From Octopus sinensis (taxonomy: Eukaryota), in the NCBI RefSeq assembly GCF_006345805.1, contig NC_043006.1, forward strand, positions 77,748,001-77,812,000: 64,000 nt of DNA, written 5' to 3'. This document shows, one piece after another, positions 55,161 through 64,000 of this stretch. The stretch's first letter is position 1. Each line of letters opens with the position of its first letter. The notes beneath the pieces were generated by a model. It saw nothing but the letters and a program-made list of their open reading frames with translations, had not been told where the DNA came from and did not search any database. A program made the position numbers and the translations under genes.

Positions 55161-55724
55161 CGGATCAGGAGGGTACCTTCTCTATTACTTCTAGAAATTT
55201 CAATCTTTTAGATCAGCAACTGGCATGAGAAATGTACGTTAAGAATAATTATTTCACAGAAACCTATAACACTGGCGCTATATACGTACGCATAAAAGTT
55301 AATATTTCCCATCCAATAATCAACTCACATTTCACAGCACGTTTTAAATACAAAATTTCCTAAGGCGACTGTTATATTAAATTGTTGAAGCAAGAGGCAC
55401 ACAAATCTTTCGCTGGTATTCAGTAATGAATCTCTGTACGATAGTACATTCCAAAGTTTGCCTGCTTTGTTCTAATAATAACATTACCCTTTGTAATACA
55501 CACTGCGTGTACGTATTGAGTGCAAGCCATATATTAAGAGTGGGAATTTTCAGGAATACTAATGCAATTTAACGTGTATCAAGATTAATGTCTTGAATGG
55601 TGTACCGTTACAGATATACACAGATAAATGCATAAGTAAATCTTGGTGTATAAATAGTGAAATGTAACTTTCTACATAGAAAAGAAGAAATTGTTACGAT
55701 ATCTATCAGAAAAAGTTCTGACAT

Positions 55725-55746
55725 GTGTATATATATATAATATATA

Positions 55747-55791
<45 letters not shown>

Positions 55792-55935
55792 GTATATATG
55801 TATATATATATATACATATATATGCATGTACATATATATATGTATGCATATGTGTATATATATATATGTATATATATATACATATATACATATATATATA
55901 TATGTATATATATATGTATATATGTATATATATAT

Positions 55936-56005
<70 letters not shown>

Positions 56006-56030
56006 TGTATGTATATATATATATATATAG
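55725..56030. repeat. (TA)n microsatellite with variants
   Basis: Seen directly. Confidence 0.95.
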
Positions 56031-56250
56031 TTCGAATATTCTAGGAAACAGCTAGAATGTGCTGCAATATCTGTAAATACAGACGTTTATTGTTTTACTG
56101 GTGCCAGCCTTTGCACAGTGGCCATACTGGAGTAATACATTAACAAATGTTAATCGATTACACCAGCAATCATTCCTTTTTTCTAATATTCGTGTTCTTA
56201 TATCATCGCTATGGTAAGAGGAAAATGCAGCAATCCAAATATGTATATTA

Positions 56251-56298
<48 letters not shown>

Positions 56299-56387
56299 TG
56301 TGCGTGTGTGTGTGTTTGTGTGCGTATGTGTGTAAACACAAACACAAATATGTGCGTTATTACTGCTGCCACTACTACTACTAACGT

Positions 56388-56540
56388 GACTAGTTGGCAT
56401 GATTGTCAGCAAGCCGGGCTAAATGCTTAGCGACGTTTTGTCCGTTCTTACATTCTGGGTTCACATTCCGCTGTGGTCAACTTTGCATTTCATTCTTTCA
56501 GGGTCTATGAAATAAGTACCAATTACGCACTGGGGTGCCT
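56388..56540 (+). mobile_element. SINE family B, diverged
   Basis: AAATGCTTAGCG...GGGTTCACATTCCGC..GGTCAACTTTGCATTTCATTCTTTCAGGGTC..AAATAAGTACC..GCACTGGGGT. Confidence 0.7.
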
Positions 56541-57189
56541 ACAGTACAAAGGATTATTACTATTGTTATAATCTAGCTGGCAGAACCGTTAGAACATCAG
56601 ACGAAAAAATACATACCTGTATTGCCTCCGAGTCTCTACTTTCCGATTTCAAATTCTTACCACACGGCCGTAACTGTACTATACACACACATACACACAT
56701 AAGCATACATATATGTGTCTGCCTGTATGTGTGTGTATAAAGAGAGGCGTTTGTATAAATAAATAAATTAGATACATTAAATATAATAAATATATGTATC
56801 TATTTGTTTATTCTCATAACTACCTCGAAATCTGCTCAACTTGATCCCTCTTACAACCATTCTTTACCTTGCGGAATATATTCCCTCTAAAGACCTGGGA
56901 ATCTTTTGTGCACTACCAAGTGTCTTCTATAGTAGGAACCTCTGGATCTCTTCTATGGATTATACATATTCTCTCTCCAAAATGCCACTCATAGCATTTA
57001 TTTATAATCACCTGAGCAATATATTTTACCGCGTAGTCGAGCACAAATTAACTGCTTAACCAAACAAACCTTTGTGTAGTCATAATTTTACAAAATTTTG
57101 ACATTTTCCTCTATTTTTTATTGTCAAGTGAAATGTGTATAGGATTAAAAATACATCAAGATAACAAAATTGGCAATATGTCTTCTCCA

Positions 57190-57520
57190 ACACTATTTAC
57201 ATTATTTACATTATTCACATTTAACGGGTATTTTCCTCATCTTGTTTGTTGTTAACACGCAATCTTTCGTCTGATATGCTCTCCAGCCTTCATCAGGTGT
57301 ATTGGGGAAATTTCGAATCTGGGTTCTCATTCCTAGTGTATCTTTCGATAAATAACTTAGGAATGAGAACCCAGGTTCGAAATTTCCCCAAGGCTGGAGG
57401 CTATATCAGCCGAAACATTGTGTTAACAACAAACAAAATAAAGACAAGTATCCGCCATATGTGAATAATGTAAATAATGTAAATAGTGTACATAATTCCT
57501 CATCTCTTAGATATAGAACA
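57190..57520. mobile_element. Fold-back of Penelope-type module Q (two arms head to head)
   Basis: 57190-57340 and about 57355-57500 are imperfect reverse complements. The left arm has CTGATGA..GAAA on the - strand; the right arm has lost the CTGATGA core. Confidence 0.7.
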
Positions 57521-58846
57521 TTATTTCTTCTCCAACTCCGTGATTGATATGCTATTTACGTTTGGGGTTCAACTCCTCTAGGAAAGGGGAAATCCGAAGG
57601 AGCAATATCTGGTGAATATGGAGGGTGGGATAACACATCCCGGCCAAGCTGCAGCAATTTTTGTCTGGTTCCCAAAGCATCAAGTGCCGAAAATGAACTT
57701 TCATATCTTCCATTTTAAAGGGTTACAGAATTAACACAGATTATAGGAACATAAACCTTCTTCCACGAAAAGATAGCTGAAACTGTACTCTAAATGGAGG
57801 TATAGTCAAATCCTATTTTATGGACTCGACCATGTTCTAAAATAAGTCGAAATTTAAGCCACTATAAATCGGCATGAACTTTCCGGACAACCCAATTCAT
57901 GCACATTGAGAATACAATATTTAGTTTAAATTTTATGACGGAAAAAATATTTCTGCAAGCCAAGAGTAAACTTTAGTCGAAAATGACAATTCCCATACCT
58001 TGCTATGAAAACATTAAAAAACATATCGTATATTACCATGTTCTATTTCTTTCTCTATACAATCTGCAGCAATACATGTATAGAAAAGTTACGAGCTATG
58101 TCACAATGAAATGCTCACACTTCTGATTGACTGTAGAAGCTATTTAATGAGTTAATGAAATTTATAAATGCTACGTAGAGACACATTAAAGGCTTAATAG
58201 AAGATATATTCCATTACATATTTTATGCCATTAAGAAAAGTAACATAAAGAGCTAACGCTGCTGTTCAAAGTTATGTATATTTTAAAGTTGTATAATGGT
58301 GAGATGGTATATTAATAAATCGATTGTGCTTATGTTTACAATATGATGTATCTCTTTTCTTTGAAACTATTCAGAATTGCTTTATATCAGGCTTAAGGAA
58401 ACATTTTTTATTTAAATGTCGCGTTACGCATTCCTTTTTCCCCCACATACTTTGCGGCGTTATTAAACAGGTATATAGTTATACTTACTTACTTCATAAT
58501 ATATACAAATCATTAAATACATATTTATAAAGCAAATATTTAATGCAACCGTTTAGGAACAAAAAGAATCTTGCATTTTCACTGTTTTAAGTATTTTTTA
58601 TCGTTTTATTTACAGAAAAAGTGTATCTGCTTGCGTGCTTTTACAAGCGTTTGGTTTATTAATGTGTGATAATAATCTGAATGTACTTTAGAAAATGGCC
58701 ATAACCCTGCTCGGCACCAAGATCATATGTCCAAATACATTGAAATATAACAATACACTATCGATCTGGGTCTCTATCTATATGCATATCTAACCGTCCA
58801 AAGACACACGATACAGCACATATATTGTTAGTTATGTATACATACA

Positions 58847-58930
<84 letters not shown>

Positions 58931-59423
58931 AACACTTAGTTTCCAGTGTTCATGATGTTAACACGTGTGTTGAAAAATATTTTGTTGAATTTTGGAAGAA
59001 TCACTATGCCAATAATAAACACATGCACTGGCTCCATTTCTATTCGTTATTTCTTAGTTGTCAATTGATTAACTAGCTAAGAAATATTTAAGCAATTAGC
59101 TGATAATCTGAAACAAAGCAGACAGGACAGAACAGAATTAGACCTGGTGTTGAGATGACATCGTAGACCTTCATACTCTGTTATTTGTATTCTGTCAAAC
59201 TTATGATATTGTCCTGAAGATAATTGACCAAAGTGCAATATATCAATGTACAAATGCTATTCAGCTTTGTATTTTTCGTTCAGAATATTTTCTATTGCCT
59301 TGCGCAACAATGGGATTTGGTTTACTGACATGCTTATATGTTTTATGAAGAGTAGAACACCAATTACGTTTTTTGTGGATATTACTATCATATAGCTTGA
59401 ATTCTGCACACTAACATATCCAG

Positions 59424-59454
59424 AGATATACTACCCCGTGTCTAACCGCACTTG
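59424..59454 (+). other. Candidate 31-bp exon
   Basis: CTAAC branch-like motif plus CAG acceptor, donor GTAAGC. Frame 0 reads RYTTPCLTAL and is phase-compatible with 61052-61109. Confidence 0.2.
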
Positions 59455-60170
59455 GTAAGCAGCAGAGTGTGGAAATTTGGTTTCGAATCGCCCCTGCCAA
59501 GGAACTTCAATGTTTATATGTGTAGGAGTTGGGGTGAATGCCTGCTCAATGACTGACTATATTTATTGCTTTTATCGTATTTCAACTGCTTGTTTCTCGC
59601 TTTCCCCGATTGTTCAGCCTATGTTGGTGAACCTGTTTATATGTATGCACTTTTCCTATTAAAGTATAGCGTTTTAAAGGCAGTCAACGTTTTAAACCAT
59701 TAATAATACTCCAGTACAATCTACATATTACTATATATTCTCTGAGACTTTTATTGCTCTGCTCTCCGATTGTCCTTTGGGTTGTTTTCTTATCTTCCCG
59801 TTTTAATCTTTCTCTCTCATTCATTTCTCGTCTACTATTATATTTGGCGTGACACACAAACTCCTATTCATTTATATTGCATTAAATTGTACATCTGCTT
59901 CTATGACTACAAGCTTTAAAAAGCAACATATTTAAAAGTGCCAAATTGTATATCAGCAATACATATACTCAATATCCTCTGTAATTATAATTCAGATTTT
60001 AGAAGCGGTAAGGTGAAATGTGTTATACAAAAGTATGATGCCTTAGGTATAGCTACTCTTATCATTAACTTTACGTAATGTATTCAGTACATTTTCTATA
60101 TGCTTCTATATAGGCGAATATGTATGTGTGTGTGTGTGCATGTTTAGATACATATACATACATATACATA

Positions 60171-60394
60171 TTACTCTTTTACTTGTTTCAGTCATTTGAC
60201 TGTGGCTATGCTGGAGCACCGACTTTTGTCGAGCAAATCGACCCCAGGACATATTCTTTTAAAGCCTAGTACTTATTCTATCGGTCTCTTCTGCCGAACT
60301 ACTAAGTTACGGGGACGTAAACACACCAGCATCGGTTGTCAAGTGATGTTGGGGGCACAAACACAGACACACAAATATATACACAAACATACAT

Positions 60395-60425
<31 letters not shown>

Positions 60426-60589
60426 CGACGGGCTTCCTTCAGTTTCCGTCTACCAAATCCACTCACAAGTCTTTGGTCAGCCCGAGGCTCTAGTAGAAGA
60501 CACTTACCCAAGGTGCCACGAAGTGGGACTGAAGCCGGAACCGTGTTGTTTGTAAGCAAGCTACTTATCACACAGTCACTCCTACGCCT
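60171..60589 (-). mobile_element. SINE family A, full length with internal (TA)n
   Basis: Head, CACCTTGGGTAAG, internal microsatellite, and 3' tail ..GCTCCAGCATAGCCACAGTCAAATGACTGAAACAAGTAAAAGAG on the - strand. Confidence 0.9.
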
Positions 60590-61051
60590 TATACATTGAT
60601 GTATGCATCCATGTATAAGCATAATAATGTTTATTTGTATGTGTGTATGAATTTACAACAGGTAGTTATATTCAGCATTATTTGTATTATTTGTATTATT
60701 TTAATTATTGATTATTTATTTCTTCGCATACACCTATATGTATATTTGTGAGTATTTGACTAAAGAAGCACACGAATATTTCACTATGTTTATTTTTAAT
60801 ACTTTTCGTTTTCTTTAAAGACATTAGCTATTGTATTTTGAAAAATATTGATTTATTCATAAATAAACTTAATTTCAACTCTTCGTTTATTATATTATTG
60901 AAGGTAGTTCAATGTATATTATTTTTCAATTGAAGAGTTTAGGATAGTGCTGCGTTGTTTGTGATTCTTCAGTGTCCGTTGGCGAGTGTGTGAATCTATT
61001 TATTTATTGTTTTTTTTTTTGTTTTGTTTTATTTTTAATTGCTGCTTAAAG

Positions 61052-61109
61052 ATGTCTGCTGGGAGAAGGTGGAATTTGAGGGTTTAAGGTCAGGTTTGAA
61101 ATTTTACAG
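61052..61109 (+). other. Candidate 58-bp exon
   Basis: Long T-rich tract plus AAAG acceptor, donor CAG|GTACGA. The single open frame reads (D)VCWEKVEFEGLRSGLKFY. Confidence 0.25.
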
Positions 61110-61164
61110 GTACGATACTAACAGTTGCCATCTTTTTGTGCTAAATTTTATACTTAATTAGCAC

Positions 61165-61960
61165 TTAGCTCTTAGCTTTTATATGCACGGGTGCAGTTAG
61201 CACAACGGGCAACACGCCTTCTTTAATCATCCCGATTTCTTGCTTGACCCCGCATTGTTTTGTTCCACTCGGGCCGACTCCAATCGCTATCATCTCACCC
61301 TGTATCGTAAGTGCTACGTCTTCCTTGGTCTTCATCTCGGCCTTCTTCCTGCTTGTGATCTCCATTCCATCACGATGGTAGCTTATCTGTCCTGCAGTGA
61401 TCGAAGCACAAGACCAGTTAAGAGCCTCCAGCTCTTAGTTATAGCTTCCTTCAAACTTCCAGCACCAGCTCTTCGTTTCTCACCCTCTCCACAGAATGAG
61501 CGTAGTCAGCGATGATGGAACTCGTCCAGTAATTGTGAGATCTTCGCTCTCATTATCCAGTTCGCACAGATGTAGGCAGTTGGTTGTCTAACAAATAGAT
61601 GAATATAACTGCAGATTTATCTTCTTACTGACGGTATTCAGTACTCATATTGGACAGGGCGTTGGAATAGTGACAGTGTTTTACTTATCCTGCACTTGAC
61701 TTCAATTTCTACATCACTCACTTTGTGAGGAGAGGATCCGTCATATGCAAATTTCTCGGGGAACTCGATTTTATTTTGTCCGAGATTAAGTAGTCATACT
61801 TGGGTTTCACCAACTGACAAAGATTTGGGCCCTCCAGTGCTAGTCCACAGGCTTGCTTTTGCCATGAAACTGTATAGGTTATCGTCATGGCCTGTATCCA
61901 TGTCTTTCGGATGTCTGTTGCGAAATCCAAATTCATCAGTCTGCCCGGAACACGCATTAT
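61165..61960 (-). mobile_element. Decayed RTE-clade LINE 3' region
   Basis: EKFAYDGS..SDVEIEVKCRISK (cf. FxYLGS..DI..RI.KA) and GRRPR*RPRKT* (cf. GRPRKTW). Many stops and frameshifts. Confidence 0.55.
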
Positions 61961-62027
61961 TTAAAAACTCGTGGCAAAACATCGATCTCCGCCTGATGAA
62001 AGCAGATATCAGGAACCAAAACAGTGA

Positions 62028-62029
62028 CA

Positions 62030-62074
<45 letters not shown>

Positions 62075-62157
62075 TTGATGATGGCGATGATGATGATGAC
62101 AATGATGATGATGACGATGATGATGATGGCGACGACGGCGGCGGCGGTGGTGGTGCT

Positions 62158-62188
<31 letters not shown>

Positions 62189-62213
62189 AGATGATGATGA
62201 TGATGATGATGAT
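62028..62213 (+). repeat. (GAT)n with GGC/GCT inserts
   Basis: Seen directly. Confidence 0.95.
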
Positions 62214-62479
62214 GACAGACGTATATTTTGTTTAGAGGGGTTCAGAAGTGAATTCTGACACACTGTCAAGTGGAATGTGAAAGATGGATGCGTTTTTGAG
62301 TTTGAGAAAGGATTCTGGATGCTGCAATTTGCATGGAGTCGTTGACATTGCTTTCCTGTTCTGCCATACTTAAATGCACAATTTCAAAGTCCACGATATG
62401 CGATGTCAAGTACAGGGACGAAGCGATTTTGTTTTCTCGTGATTGAATCAATATAGAAAAGCAAATACACGCGCACTCA

Positions 62480-62892
62480 TCCATGGCTATGTGGTAAGCA
62501 GCTTGATTGGGTTCAGTCCTACAGCGTGACGCCTTGGTCAAGTGTCTTCTACTATAGCCTAGAGCCGATCAAAGACTTGTCAGTGAATTTGGTAAACGGA
62601 AACCGAAAGAAGCCTGTCGTATATATATATATGTGTGTGTGTGTGTGAGAGAGAGAGAAGGGTGCACGCGAGTGTGTATATGTGTTCGTGTGCCTGTGTT
62701 TGTCCCCCCAACATCGCCTGACAACCGATGCTGGTGTGCTTACGTCACCGTAACTTATCGGTTCGGCAAAAGAGACCTATAGGATAATTACTAGACTTAC
62801 AAAGAATAGCTCCTGGAGTAGACTAGTTCGACTAAAAGCGGTGCACCAGCATGGCCGCAGTCAAGTGATTGAAACAAGTGAAAGAAAAGAAT
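62480..62892 (+). mobile_element. SINE family A, full length with internal (TA)/(TG)/(GA)
   Basis: TGGCTATGTGG..GGGTTCAGTCC..GCCTTGGTCAAG...GCGGTGCACCAGCATGGCCGCAGTCAAGTGATTGAAACAAG. Confidence 0.9.
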
Positions 62893-62894
62893 AT

Positions 62895-62938
62895 ATTTAT
62901 ATATATATATATATGTATATATATGCATATATATATAC

Positions 62939-63027
<89 letters not shown>

Positions 63028-63069
63028 GTATATATGTACATATGTATACATATATATGTACTCACACGG

Positions 63070-63120
<51 letters not shown>
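62895..63120. repeat. (TA)n microsatellite
   Basis: Seen directly. Confidence 0.95.
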
Positions 63121-63121
<1 letters not shown>

Positions 63122-63169
63122 ATTGATTGATTCTAGTTTCAGCTCACGAGCTGTGGCCATATGAAATAT

Positions 63170-63400
63170 GTATGAGTGCAATCGGGGAAATTACGAAACC
63201 AGAAATTAGGACTGCTGATGTCGTAGAAACGCTCCGACAACCACTTCTGACTCTTTCCAAAAGTATGACAAGGAGCGGAATCCTGCTGCCACATCTAGGG
63301 CGATCTAGCAGTAACTCCCTTCAGTTATAGTCCTAAAATGTGTCATATAGGCGACTGAACTGAGCCCACGGTTCTGTTTGAAGATGTGGAATAGAAATCC
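63170..63400 (-). mobile_element. Second decayed maT/DD37D-like transposase fragment
   Basis: MWQQDSAPCHTFGKSQKWLSERFYDISSPNFWFRNFPDCTH, with upstream HIFKQNRGLSSVAY. Confidence 0.75.
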
Positions 63401-63497
63401 GGCGTACGGACGCAGCCAAGGCGCCTGCTGTGTCTCTTCTTGCTGGCAACGGCTTCATTATTATTTGGTTACCTATATACATATATATTTTTTTTTC

Positions 63498-64000
63498 CTA
63501 GTTTCAGCTCAGAGCTGTGGCCATGCTGATGCACCGCCGTTTTCTGCTACGCTGTTATTACGACGAACCTCGTCTAATATGTGGCACTTGGTGAAGAATG
63601 GAGTTTGATATAGCTACTCTCATTTGCACCTCTTGCCGTGAGGTAGGTTCATCTGGGACTCTCGACAGGAAGATGTCCAGCTTTGATTTAAAAACCGCTA
63701 CATCTACTTTGTGCACGTTTCTCAGACTCTTGGGGAGAATATTAAAAAGCTATGGGCCCTTGAAATCCAGGCTGTTGCAGAAGCTGGTCCTGAAGCGTGA
63801 TGGCATTGCTGGGATCTTTGGCACTATGCAGTGTCGTCCCGTTCTAGCATTGGTGTAGCTTACAATGCCAAAATTTGGCACAATTTTTTCCAGGATCTTC
63901 CAGACATATATTACTGCATACCTCTCCTATCTTCTCTACAGGGAGTAGAGTCTTAGCTGTTTCAACCTTTCCCAGTAGCTGAGCTGTTGCAAAGAGACGA
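63498..64000 (-). mobile_element. CR1-like LINE 3' end (continues beyond window)
   Basis: LSYWERLKQLRLYSL*RR*ERYAVIYVWKIL...GP*LFNILPKSLRN...FKSKLDIFLSRVPDEP. The 3' tail is GGCGGTGCATCAGCATGGCCACAGCTCTGAGCTGAAACTAG. Confidence 0.85.

Overview
This is an AT-rich, microsatellite-saturated eukaryotic window. The SINE families and repeat landscape look like an octopod cephalopod genome (inference from pattern recognition, not verified). No host protein-coding gene can be confidently identified, and almost every ORF in the supplied track is microsatellite translation or a transposon fragment. A few short + strand candidate exons exist but are weak. The window is dominated by retroelements that sort by microsatellite type. 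(1) At least six R4/Dong-type RLE non-LTR elements or fragments lie at 40.5-54.8 kb, one near full length (3.9 kb). All are on the - strand and most abut (TAA)n arrays. (2) An unidentified ~550 bp non-coding element ('element X') occurs four times, always in TAA-type arrays and with the same polarity. (3) Penelope-like elements and short derivatives carry minimal hammerhead-ribozyme motifs, end in (TA)n and repeatedly form head-to-head fold-backs. (4) An R4-like RT fragment and two related 3' ends are tied to (CATA)n. Also present: two CR1-like LINE 3' portions, a decayed RTE, two decayed maT/DD37D-like Tc1/mariner transposases, several MITEs, three tRNA-derived SINE families (one shares its 3' stem-loop with a CR1-like LINE), and a near-identical 1.3 kb tandem duplication. 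Frequent 1-bp interruptions in TA arrays and at homopolymers suggest some frameshifts may be long-read errors.
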